NCBI GenBank assembly: GCA_964291285.2
Contig: OZ219786.1
Span: 800,001 to 864,000, forward strand
DNA from: Alphaproteobacteria bacterium
Lineage (GTDB): Bacteria > Pseudomonadota > Alphaproteobacteria > Bin95
Length of the DNA: 64,000 nt
Reading direction: 5' to 3'
Position numbers and translations under genes: made by a program. Below are positions 9,458-18,042 of this stretch, in pieces (the first letter of the stretch is position 1; each line of letters begins with the position of its first letter). The notes beneath the pieces are model-generated. The model was not told the DNA's origin. It did no database searches and saw only the letters and a list, made by a program, of their open reading frames with translations.

Positions 9458-9917
9458 ACAAACACCGCCGCACCACAATCACTGCGATCATCACGCCCCG
9501 CAAAAACGCGCAACGCCAGCAAATAAGCGCCTTTTACGACCGTCACCTACAACGGGCCGAAGACGCCGCCCGGCTGGCGATGGAAGACGCCGAGACCCTG
9601 ACCTGCCGGCGGGGCGCCGTCTCGATCCACAATTGCCGCACGCTCCACTATTCCCGCCCGAGCCGGACCGACGCCGGTCGTCCGCTGCTGCTCAACGCCT
9701 TCGCGGCCGCCGACGCCCGGCCCTACACGCCGCATCCCGACCCCTCCTGCCACACGGGCGAGGTGGTCCGGGGCATGCCGGCCCGCATCGCCCGGCACGA
9801 CCCCCGTCCCTGCCCGATCCCGCCGGACTGGTCGGGCGGCTACAGCTCGATCTTCGCCGCGCAATCCGGCGAAGAAGCGGCGATGTAGGGCGCTCGGTCG
9901 ATAGAATCCAATGCGCG

Positions 9918-11234
9918 TCAAGGGCCCGACAGGCCGCGCTTCGCCACCAAACCCCATTTCTCTGAATCAGGAAGTGGATATACCGCGCTCGAAATTGTCG
10001 ATCTGGTGCAGTACGACCCTGCTGGACACATCGAATTCTCTGCTGAGTTCTTCGACGGCTTCATCGCCTGCATCCGACATGCTCCAGTGGTTATACAGCA
10101 CCTCGGCCGGCGCAAGGAATTCCGCCGCAAAGCTCTGGAACGGGCTTGGCGGTCATTGTGAAGCGACCCCAAAATTCCAAACCGCGGCTCCCGGCGGCTC
10201 ACAAAGTCGCCGAGCGCGCGTGCGATAAGAAACCGCGTGCTGCTGCTATAGCTTCGGGGTGCGGTTACGCAAGCCGGAGTCGCCGATGCCACAAGCCCCT
10301 CAATGCGTCGGCTTGGAGATGCGCGTTCGCAATGGAAAATCGCAAGCGGCCCTTCGGTGTCGAAGCGGAACGGGTCTCGACCTAAGTCGAGCAGGCTGCG
10401 CACCGACTGCGCCAGTTCATACCCATGCCTCCAAGGCTCCTGCGGACGAGCGGCCGGCATACAATCGCGGACTTCGTTCCAGCGATTTTCGTTGCCGACC
10501 GATGCCAGGTCTTCGACAGCGGTTCCAAGCCAATCCCCTAATTGCGCAAGCGAACAAGCGTCCGCAGCCGCCAGAGCCTCTTCGCGGATGGAAGGGTCGG
10601 TGCGGCCCCAGAACGCGGTGATCGCTTCGGCAACGCTATCCTCGGCATTGAAAGGGTCGATCCCGCACATGGCCGCAGCGCGGCTGAATTCCCGCTCTTC
10701 CGGATCGAGGTCGGCGATTGCAGTCCAGGATTCGGACAGGCCACGCACATCGAAATCGTTGTCCAATGTCTCGACCCGCCTGATGACAAATTTAATAAGT
10801 CTCGTGAATTCTCTTTTTAATTCTTCAGCCTCGATATATGTATCAACCTCTTCGACGAAGGCAATGGACGCATGAGTGGGTTCCCAACGTTTGGCATTTA
10901 CATGAATTCGCCCTGATGAAGGAGCGAAATTCAGTTTGGGAAACAGAAAACCATTCCCGGCATATGCAAGATTATGGCGCTGGTCGAAACCAGGCCTTTG
11001 CTTCTGCGTATCCGCAGGCTCGTGGAAGAGATACCACCAATTATCCACAACCCAGTCGGCCAGAAGGAAAAGCGGTACAACAATCTGCTTTCTGTAGCGG
11101 CCGTTCCTGCGGTCCCGCACGGCAGTTACAGTCTTGCCTCCGACCTCAATCGACACTCTGGCCATTGTTCGGCGTATAACGGCGTCCGGCGAAGGACCGG
11201 GATCGACCCAACTGTAATTCAGACGAAAGCTCAA
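9918..11234 (-). CDS. IrrE/ImmA-like (DUF955-type C-terminus) protein with degenerate metal motif; apparent 1-nt frameshift near 10130
   Basis: RFLIARALGD stands in place of RFTxAHELGH. Adding one T at 10129-10131 gives ...RSRAFAAEFLAPAEVL...EELSREFDVSSRVVLHQIDN...stop 9967. Lower GC than flanks. Confidence 0.65.
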   Translation of the reverse strand: MSFRLNYSWVDPGPSPDAVIRRTMARVSIEVGGKTVTAVRDRRNGRYRKQIVVPLFLLADWVVDNWWYLFHEPADTQKQRPGFDQRHNLAYAGNGFLFPKLNFAPSSGRIHVNAKRWEPTHASIAFVEEVDTYIEAEELKREFTRLIKFVIRRVETLDNDFDVRGLSESWTAIADLDPEEREFSRAAAMCGIDPFNAEDSVAEAITAFWGRTDPSIREEALAAADACSLAQLGDWLGTAVEDLASVGNENRWNEVRDCMPAARPQEPWRHGYELAQSVRSLLDLGRDPFRFDTEGPLAIFHCERASPSRRIEGLVASATPACVTAPRSYSSSTRFLIARALGDFVSRREPRFGILGSLHNDRQARSRALRRNSLRRPRCCITTGACRMQAMKPSKNSAENSMCPAGSYCTRSTISSAVYPLPDSEKWGLVAKRGLSGP

Positions 11235-11638
11235 GGCAGGCCCCTCACTACCTCTTCGGGTTGAAGAGGATATCCGTGATAGTCGCCAGAGCCCGGCGAC
11301 CCTTGTCGAGCTTCGTAAACCGTCGCACCGTCACGGTACCAGACATATTTTGGATAGCCGCCTTCCCAAACACCGGTAGAACCGTTCCGAATACCTTCGC
11401 GAAGCCAAGCCTGAACCAATTGCTGTCGGTTTGCCAAGTGTGCGGGGCATATGCTGGCGTCCGGCCGCGGTTGCGGGACAGGTCCGGCAAAATTCGGACG
11501 GTCCTTGTGATAAGGACTTCCTACATAGCGGCAGGCCTCGGCTACCTGCTGCGGGTCGAATTCGGGAGGCGGGGCGTGAACTTTGCGATGTTTCGCATTG
11601 GACCTCCGATGGCGTGGTTTCTTATGGGGAACAGCCAG
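11231..11638 (-). CDS. Small basic hypothetical protein, toxin/nuclease-like; start uncertain
   Basis: Frame open from 11677 to TGA 11231: ...RYVGSPYHKD...PRPDASICP...YPKYVWY...VYEAR...YHGYPL. The only upstream start candidate is CTG 11638 (the ORF track starts at TTG 11437). TTGA overlap with the next gene. Confidence 0.65.
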   Translation of the reverse strand: MAVPHKKPRHRRSNAKHRKVHAPPPEFDPQQVAEACRYVGSPYHKDRPNFAGPVPQPRPDASICPAHLANRQQLVQAWLREGIRNGSTGVWEGGYPKYVWYRDGATVYEARQGSPGSGDYHGYPLQPEEVVRGLP

Positions 11639-11686
11639 CTTCGGTGGATCGCCGAAGTGGCGTCCGGTCGAGCGTCTTCAATGATA

Positions 11687-11715
11687 ATACTACGGTGATC
11701 GCCAATTGACGGCAA
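11687..11715 (-). promoter_or_regulatory. Putative sigma70 promoter of the low-GC two-gene islet
   Basis: TTGCCG-N17-TAGTAT on the minus strand. Confidence 0.5.
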
Positions 11716-11787
11716 ATTCGGTCGTCGGCCGAAATGACGCAAGCGGGGGGACCTGGACGGCCGGGCGAAAAGAGGGCTGCCGGCTCA

Positions 11788-11816
11788 GGGCCGGGGTCGC
11801 GGCTGCGCCCCGGCCC
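11788..11816 (-). terminator. GC-rich hairpin downstream of enoyl-CoA hydratase
   Basis: GGGCCGGGG...CCCCGGCCC stem; no clear U-tract. Confidence 0.35.
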
Positions 11817-11842
11817 GGAACGCGATACGGCCGGCCTTCAGC

Positions 11843-12631
11843 CTAACGGTTGTTGTAGTTCCCTGCCCGTTTGTCGCGCCAGGCGGCGATCGCCTCCTTG
11901 TGGTCCTCGCTGGAGCGCGCCAGCACCATGTGGGACGACACCATGTCCAGCGCGCTGCGCAGGTCCATGTCGAGCCCGGCATACATGGCGCGCTTGATGA
12001 GGCGGATCGAGATCGGCGAGGAGTTCACCAGCTTCTCGACATAGGCGCGGGTGCCGGCCTGGAGCTCGTCGTCCGGGAACACCTTGTTGACCAGGCCGAT
12101 CTCCAGCGCTTCCTGCGCGGACAGGAAATCCGCGCTCCAGAGCAGCTCCAGCGCCTTCGGCACGCCGACGATGCGCGGCAGGAACCACGCCCCGCCATTG
12201 CCCGGCACGAGGCCGACGCGCACATAGGTCTCCGCGAAGCGCGCGCTCTCGGCGGCGAAACGCAGGTCCGCGTGCAGGCTCATGTCCATGCCCGCGCCGA
12301 CCGCCACGCCGTTGACGGCCGCAATCACGGGCTTGTCGATTTCCCGGATCTTGAGCGAGAGCTTCTGGATCAGGTCCCAGAGGCCCGACTTGATCTCCAG
12401 CGGCGTCGGCGGCTTGTCGCTGCCCATCTGCCGGGTGTCCCCGCCGGCGCAGAAGCCGCGCCCGGCGGCGGTGACGATCACCGCCCAGACATCCTCGCGC
12501 GTCCGGCATTCCTCCAGCCGGTCCAGGTATCCCGTCAGCATCTCATGCGTGAAGGCGTTCAGCCTGTCCGGGTTGTTGAAGGTGATGGTCGCGATTCTGT
12601 CGCTGACATCGAAAAGCAGTTTGTCGGTCAC
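11843..12631 (-). CDS. Enoyl-CoA hydratase/isomerase family protein
   Basis: [29 protein letters not shown]; GTG start at 12631 after AGGAA. Confidence 0.92.
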   Translation of the reverse strand: MTDKLLFDVSDRIATITFNNPDRLNAFTHEMLTGYLDRLEECRTREDVWAVIVTAAGRGFCAGGDTRQMGSDKPPTPLEIKSGLWDLIQKLSLKIREIDKPVIAAVNGVAVGAGMDMSLHADLRFAAESARFAETYVRVGLVPGNGGAWFLPRIVGVPKALELLWSADFLSAQEALEIGLVNKVFPDDELQAGTRAYVEKLVNSSPISIRLIKRAMYAGLDMDLRSALDMVSSHMVLARSSEDHKEAIAAWRDKRAGNYNNR

Positions 12632-12764
12632 GCCGTTCCTCCGGTTGTGCAAGCGGCGGCGGCAGCCTAGCCCGGATGTCTCGCCGGTGTCATGCCTGCG
12701 GGCTGGCGAAGAAAAGGGCGGAACTCCATACTGGAGCCATTCTCCGCCGAGAGGAGGAGCCTCC

Positions 12765-14492
12765 ATGTCGACTCTCACCGAAAGCCCGGCTGCCCGCCCC
12801 GCGGCGCCGGGCGCGCCGAAGAACGGCCTGTCCCATGTCGCGGGCGAGCCGGCGCCGCCGCTCGGAAACGAGACCATTCCGCAGGCGCTCGGCGAGGCGG
12901 TTTCCCGCCACGGCCGACGGCGGGCGGTGGTGCTGCCGCAGGAGGGCCGGACGCTGACCTATGAGGAGTTCGACCGGCAGGTGGACGCGCTCGCCGCCGG
13001 GCTGCTCGCGCTCGGCCTCGGCAAGGGCGACCGTGTCGGCATCTGGTCTCCCAACCGGCTCGAATGGATACTGACCCAGTTCGCCACCGCCCGCTTCGGC
13101 GCGATCCTCGTCAACATCAACCCCGCCTACCGGCCGTTCGAACTCGAATATGCGCTGAATGCGGTCGGGTGCAGGGCGCTCATCGCGGCCGAAGCCTTCA
13201 AGTCGTCGCGCTATATCGACATGCTGCGCGAGCTTGCGCCCGAACTGGAAAGCTGCGAGCCGGGCGGGCTCCGGTCGTCGAGACTGCCGCATCTCGAAAT
13301 CGCGGTCGCGATGAGCGATGACCCGGGCCCCGGGATATTCCGTTTCGAGGACGTGGTCCGGCTCGGAGGACCGGCGGAGATGTCGCGGCTGGACGCCATG
13401 ACGGCGTCTCTCAGCCCGGACGACCCGATCAATATCCAGTTCACTTCCGGCACCACCGGCTCGCCCAAGGGCGCCACGCTCACCCACCGCAACATCGTCA
13501 ACAATGCGCGCTTCGTCACCGGCCGCATCCGGCTGACCGAGCAGGACGCGCTGTGCATTCCGGTGCCGCTCTACCATTGTTTCGGCATGGTGATGGGCGT
13601 GCTGGGCTGCGTCACGCAGGGTGCGGCGATGGTATTCCCCGGCGAAGGCTTCGATGCGGCGGAAACGCTGTATGCGGTTTCCGAGGCGCGCTGCTCGGCG
13701 CTCTACGGCGTGCCGACCATGTTCGTCGCCATGCTGGAGGAAGCCGGACGGGGCAATTACGACCTGTCCTCGCTCCGGACGGGCGTCATGGCGGGCGCGA
13801 GCTGCCCCATCGAGGTAATGCAGCGGGTGATCGACGAGATGAACATGGAGGAGGTCACCATATGCTACGGCATGACCGAGACCTCGCCCGTCTCGTTCCA
13901 GAGCTTCGTGGACGACCCGGTCGACAAGCGCGTGACGACGGTGGGGCGCGTCCATCCGCATCTGGAGGTCAAGATCGTCGATGCCGAGGGCCGGATCGTT
14001 CCGGTCGGCGAGTCCGGGGAACTATGCACCCGCGGCTATTCGGTAATGCGCGGCTACTGGGGCGACGAGGAGAAGACGCGCGAGAGCATCGTCGATGGCT
14101 GGATGCACTCCGGCGACCTCGCGACGCTGGACGAGGAGGGCTTCTGCTGCATCGTCGGGCGGGTGAAGGACATGATCATCCGCGGCGGCGAGAACGTCTA
14201 TCCGCGCGAGGTCGAGGACTACCTGTTCCGCCATCCCGGCATCCGGGAGGTGCAGGTGTTCGGCATCCCGGACCGGCGGTTCGGCGAGCAGGTCTGCGCC
14301 TGGGTCGTGCCGCATGAGGGCGCGGCGCTCGCGCCCGAGGACGTGGCCGCGTTCTGCCGGGGCCGGATAGCCCACTTCAAGGTGCCGAAGCATGTGCGCA
14401 TCGTCGGGGAACTGCCGATGACCGTCACCGGCAAGCCGCAGAAATTCGTCATGCGCGACTGGATGGTCGAGAACGGCTACGCCGACGCCTGA
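12765..14492 (+). CDS. Acyl-CoA synthetase (AMP-binding)
   Basis: [43 protein letters not shown]; AGGAG RBS. Confidence 0.95.
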   Translation: MSTLTESPAARPAAPGAPKNGLSHVAGEPAPPLGNETIPQALGEAVSRHGRRRAVVLPQEGRTLTYEEFDRQVDALAAGLLALGLGKGDRVGIWSPNRLEWILTQFATARFGAILVNINPAYRPFELEYALNAVGCRALIAAEAFKSSRYIDMLRELAPELESCEPGGLRSSRLPHLEIAVAMSDDPGPGIFRFEDVVRLGGPAEMSRLDAMTASLSPDDPINIQFTSGTTGSPKGATLTHRNIVNNARFVTGRIRLTEQDALCIPVPLYHCFGMVMGVLGCVTQGAAMVFPGEGFDAAETLYAVSEARCSALYGVPTMFVAMLEEAGRGNYDLSSLRTGVMAGASCPIEVMQRVIDEMNMEEVTICYGMTETSPVSFQSFVDDPVDKRVTTVGRVHPHLEVKIVDAEGRIVPVGESGELCTRGYSVMRGYWGDEEKTRESIVDGWMHSGDLATLDEEGFCCIVGRVKDMIIRGGENVYPREVEDYLFRHPGIREVQVFGIPDRRFGEQVCAWVVPHEGAALAPEDVAAFCRGRIAHFKVPKHVRIVGELPMTVTGKPQKFVMRDWMVENGYADA

Positions 14493-14578
14493 CCCGTCCT
14501 GCCGCCGCCCCGGACGGCAGGCAGACTTGTCGGTTCGTACCCGTTGGCACCGATACGGGTCCCGTATTGCGCTCGTCG

Positions 14579-15052
14579 TTATGAGCCTGTCGAAGGGGCC
14601 GGCTGCCCGGAACGGGGGGAGGCAAGGGTCTGCGCCTTCCACCGCTTCCGCCTGCGGCGGACGGCGAGGCGGCGGCTGCGCTCCATGCGGTGGCGCTTGA
14701 GGAACCTGCGCAGGGTCGAGTCGGTGAGCCGCACGCCCTCGGCGGCCAGCGCCTCGCTCAGCGCCCGGCTGGACATCTCCGGGCGCGCTTCCAGGAGGCG
14801 GACGATCCGGTCGCGCTCCGCCTCCACCCGCGAAGTGCTGCCGCCCCGCGCGTCCGCCCGCACATGCCCGCGCTCCCGGAAACGCCCCACCCAGCGTCTG
14901 ACGCTCCGTTCGGCCAGCCCGAAGCGCGCCGCCGCCGCCCGGGCGCTCATGCCCTCTTCCAGCACCGCCGCCACCGCCCGGCTTCGCAACGCCATGCCGA
15001 CCGCCCGGCCCTGCCCGGACTTCTCCGGCGCGTCTTCCTTGCCTTCCGCCAC
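14579..15052 (-). CDS. Stand-alone IS630-OrfA-like helix-turn-helix protein (copy 1)
   Basis: LRSRAVAAV..GMSARAAAARFGLAERSVRRWV.RFRERG...STLRRFLKRH; AAAGGAG RBS; no DDE ORF downstream. Confidence 0.75.
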   Translation of the reverse strand: MAEGKEDAPEKSGQGRAVGMALRSRAVAAVLEEGMSARAAAARFGLAERSVRRWVGRFRERGHVRADARGGSTSRVEAERDRIVRLLEARPEMSSRALSEALAAEGVRLTDSTLRRFLKRHRMERSRRLAVRRRRKRWKAQTLASPRSGQPAPSTGS

Positions 15053-15281
15053 ACCTTGCTCCTTTCCATTCCCGCCGCTTCAACCCGACCGGCCAATCGA
15101 CACCCTCAACCGGCCTGAAAACGCATCGCCGCCATCTCCGCGCGCGCATCTCGCCTGTTTGCCGCCCGGCCCGCGGCCGCCGGCAGTTCCCCTTGAAAAT
15201 CGCGCCGGAACGGACGCCGCAATGCGCCCGATCCGATAGCCCGTCAGGTCATTCCCCCGCTCTCTCCAGCGCATTGGAATG

Positions 15282-15314
15282 GAACTTATATAGAACAAAA
15301 AGGGATAATTTCAA
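15282..15314 (-). promoter_or_regulatory. Sigma70 promoter with alphaproteobacterial LexA (SOS) box
   Basis: Minus strand TTGAAA-TTATCCCTTTTT-GTTC-TATATAA-GTTC; perfect GTTC-N7-GTTC over the -10. Confidence 0.8.
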
Positions 15315-15467
15315 GCCTGAAAACGCTGCCGCATGCGCATATCCCGTCCCGGCTTGTATCCGGCGCGCCCGCCGGCCCGGCCCGTGCGTTGCGAAGCCGC
15401 CGATGACAGACGGGTGAATCCGGCAGCGCTCGCGGGAGGGGCGACGACCGGCGCGCCGGCCGCCAGA

Positions 15468-16118
15468 TCAGCCGAGCTTGGCCAGCAGTTCTGCCGGGAT
15501 GTGCGGAACCGGGTCGGAGTTCTGCCAGCAGGGCAGCGCCTCCACCCGGGCGATCCAGCCCCTTATGTTCGGATAGTCGTCGAGCGGCAGCTTCTGCACG
15601 GCATGCAGGTGCATCGGCGCTGCGACCGCGATGTCGGCGATGGTCGGATTGCCGGCGCACAGCCATTCGCGCCCCTCGAGCGCCGCCTCCAGGATCGAGG
15701 CGAGACCCCGGAACGCCGGCTCGTGCGCGTCCAGCACCGCCCGGTCCGGCGTGCCGTCCAGAATGGGATTGACGACATTCTGGACCAGATAGACGTAGCA
15801 GGCGTCGAACCACTTGCTGCATTCCCAGAGCAGCCAGCGCGAGATGTCGGCGCGAATCTTCGCGTCGGCCGGATAGGCCGCCCTGTTGCCGGTCTTCTCC
15901 GCCCCGTAGACGAGGATGGCGTTCGACTCCCAGAGCACGAGGTCGCCGTCCACCAGCGCGGGCAGTTCGGCGTTCGGATTGACCTTGCGGAATTCCGGCT
16001 GCTTGTGGTCGCCGCCGAAATAGCTGAGCAACTCGTCCTCGTAGCCGGCGCCGATGAGGTCGAGGCCGGCGACGACCTTGCGGCAATTCACGGTGATCGG
16101 GTCGTAGTAGAGCTTCAT
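15468..16118 (-). CDS. Glutathione S-transferase family protein
   Basis: VNPNAELPALVDGDLVLWESNAI, PTIADI. Confidence 0.93.
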   Translation of the reverse strand: MKLYYDPITVNCRKVVAGLDLIGAGYEDELLSYFGGDHKQPEFRKVNPNAELPALVDGDLVLWESNAILVYGAEKTGNRAAYPADAKIRADISRWLLWECSKWFDACYVYLVQNVVNPILDGTPDRAVLDAHEPAFRGLASILEAALEGREWLCAGNPTIADIAVAAPMHLHAVQKLPLDDYPNIRGWIARVEALPCWQNSDPVPHIPAELLAKLG

Positions 16119-16176
16119 TGGAACGGTCTCCGCGCTGGCTTGGATTGCCCTGTTTACCCCGTCCCGACCCCTCCGC

Positions 16177-17184
16177 CTAAAGGAATTTCGGCAGCACCTT
16201 CTCGGTGAAACCGAGGAAAGAGGAATGGCTGAGCGGCGCGCACATCAGGTAGTGCAGGTCGATCTCTTCCTCGAGGCGGCGAAGCTGGTCGGCGACGCGG
16301 GCGGGCGAGCCCCAGATCGCCACATTGTCGAGATAGCGCTCCACCGGATCCACGGCTTCGACGGTGCCGTCGGCCCGCACCTGCTCGGTCGGGTTGGCGG
16401 TGCCCTTGGACTCGTTCTTGTAGGTCGCGACGATCCAGGCGGCGCCGCGCCGGACGATCTCCGCCGCCTCTTCGTCGCTGTCGGCAACCGCCAGAAGCCG
16501 CGCCGTCGGGATGTCCTGGCCGGACGCGGGATGGCCGGCATCGTCGCGCGCCCGCCGCCAGGTCGCCCGGATGCCGTTCAGGCCGTCAAAGGTCGCATGG
16601 GGGCCGAGCAGCGGCGCCAGCCCCGCCCTGCCGGCCCAGGCGGCGGCGTCGGGGGAGCCGCAGGCCGCCCAGACCGGCGGATGCGGCTGCTGCGCCGGCT
16701 TCGGCAGCACTTCGACATCCTCGAAGGACCAGTATTCGCCGTCCCAGTCGAGCCGCTCGTTCCGCCATGCCGCCAGCACGATCTCGACCGCTTCCTGGAA
16801 GCGCGCCCGGCTTTCCCCGATGGGCACGCCGAAGGTACGGAACTCGTCCGGGTCGAAGCCCCGGCCCGCGCCCCAGCTCACGCGCCCGCCGGAGAGCTGG
16901 TCGAGCAGCGCCACTTCCTCGGCGAGCCGCAGTGGATGGTAGAAGGGCGCGAGCGAAACTGCGGTGCCGATGCGCAGCCGGCTGGTGCGCTCGGCCACCT
17001 GCACGCCGATCATGTGGACTGACGGGCAGACGCTGTAATCCGTGAAATGGTGCTCCGCCAGCCAGACGGCGTCGTAGCCGGTCTCGTCCATGATGCGGAT
17101 GCGGTCCATGGCGCGGCGGTACACCTCGGTCAGCGCCGCGCGCCGGCCGGGCCAGGAGAAGAACTGCAGGACGCCGAACTTCAC
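16177..17184 (-). CDS. LLM-class (luciferase-like) flavin-dependent oxidoreductase
   Basis: GYDAVWLAEHHF, HPLRLAEEVALLDQLSGGR, PKPAQQPHPP; GTGA overlap with upstream gene. Confidence 0.92.
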   Translation of the reverse strand: MKFGVLQFFSWPGRRAALTEVYRRAMDRIRIMDETGYDAVWLAEHHFTDYSVCPSVHMIGVQVAERTSRLRIGTAVSLAPFYHPLRLAEEVALLDQLSGGRVSWGAGRGFDPDEFRTFGVPIGESRARFQEAVEIVLAAWRNERLDWDGEYWSFEDVEVLPKPAQQPHPPVWAACGSPDAAAWAGRAGLAPLLGPHATFDGLNGIRATWRRARDDAGHPASGQDIPTARLLAVADSDEEAAEIVRRGAAWIVATYKNESKGTANPTEQVRADGTVEAVDPVERYLDNVAIWGSPARVADQLRRLEEEIDLHYLMCAPLSHSSFLGFTEKVLPKFL

Positions 17185-17963
17185 GAGCGCCGTTCCCAGG
17201 CCCGCGCGCCGGGCGCCGGCGGGTCGTTGGGCGGACCGGCGAAGCATTGCGCGATCGCCATCCAGGCCCGCGCCGGTTCGCCCGCGACCTCCAGATCGAC
17301 ATCGGCGATATTGCGGCCCTGCGTCACGACGCGGCAGAAATCGAGTGCGGTGCCTTCCACCCGGTCCGTCGCGCTCTCCGCGCCCCGCCGCCAGAGCGCG
17401 CCGGAGGGGAGCGTCAGCCGGACATGGGGCACGGGCGCCGGCGGCTCCAGACCGCGATTGCGGAAGGTCCAGCCGAAGGTCTGGCAGCCGAGAACGCAGA
17501 TATTCGCCAGCCGGTCGAAATGCTCGCGCGGCGCCTGCAGCAGGTCGTAGATGTCCTGCCCGTGCGCCCAGGTCTCCATCTGGCGGGCCGTGGCGAAGGA
17601 GCGCAGCCCCATATCGGGGCCGACCCAGGCGACGCGGCGGTCGGGGTCCTCCCCCTCCATCAGGTCGCAGAGGCGCGAGAGGCGGTCCCACCACTGGTCC
17701 AGCAGCGCCGGGCCTTCGCGCACTTCAGGGGCGTCGTCCGGAACCCCGCCCGCCCGGCGCGCCGCGAGGATGCGCGCGAAACGGTCCGGGTCCTCCAGCG
17801 AGACCGACGCCATCCAGTCGCCGGAGTGGAGATGCTGCATGACGGCGTTGACCGTCCAGCCCTTGAAAGGCGTCGGACGCGCCCAGTCCGCTTCGTCCAG
17901 CCCCGCCAGGAAGGCGCGGAGTGCGGTGCCCTCCTCGCGCAAGTCGATTGCCTGCTGCAACAT
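17181..17963 (-). CDS. MDMPI/DinB-superfamily metal-binding protein (TIGR03084-like)
   Basis: TPFKGWTV...HL, ATARQMETWAHGQD, AQCFAGPP. Confidence 0.85.
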   Translation of the reverse strand: MLQQAIDLREEGTALRAFLAGLDEADWARPTPFKGWTVNAVMQHLHSGDWMASVSLEDPDRFARILAARRAGGVPDDAPEVREGPALLDQWWDRLSRLCDLMEGEDPDRRVAWVGPDMGLRSFATARQMETWAHGQDIYDLLQAPREHFDRLANICVLGCQTFGWTFRNRGLEPPAPVPHVRLTLPSGALWRRGAESATDRVEGTALDFCRVVTQGRNIADVDLEVAGEPARAWMAIAQCFAGPPNDPPAPGARAWERRS

Positions 17964-18042
17964 CGCCGGTTCTCCCCCCGCCCCAATATGCCACGGTTGG
18001 CGCACCGGGCGCGAGGCGTGGGACGCAAGCGCGATTGCCGCT

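Larger units (their letters stand above)
5503..9551 (-). mobile_element. IS21-family element, 4049 bp, carrying four coupled ORFs
   Basis: TGT...ACA ends. Imperfect terminal IRs TGTTAGCGACGGTTACAGAGCGCGCCTATTCGCTGAC and TGTAGGTGACGGTCGTAAAAGGCGCTTATTTGCTGGC (25/37, ungapped). Flanks GCGGGC and ACGGGC form the target duplication. Confidence 0.93.
4943..9888 (+). pseudogene. PhyH-family (Fe/2OG) dioxygenase split by an IS21-family element (5' part 4943-5502, 3' part 9558-9888)
   Basis: 5' part has SKLNFK and WHQD; 3' part has SIHNCRTLHYS and RPLLL. Removing 5503-9557 gives an 891-nt in-frame ORF (...GHLRAEDAARLAMED...). Confidence 0.92.

Noticed and set aside
11261-11698. 145-aa + strand ORF in the low-GC islet
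   Set aside because: Antisense to the better-supported minus-strand ORF, which is coupled to its neighbour and has a promoter.
14579-15052. Complete IS630 element (also considered for 37676-38128)
   Set aside because: No DDE-domain ORF, slippery A-tract or terminal IR/TA duplication was found by eye.
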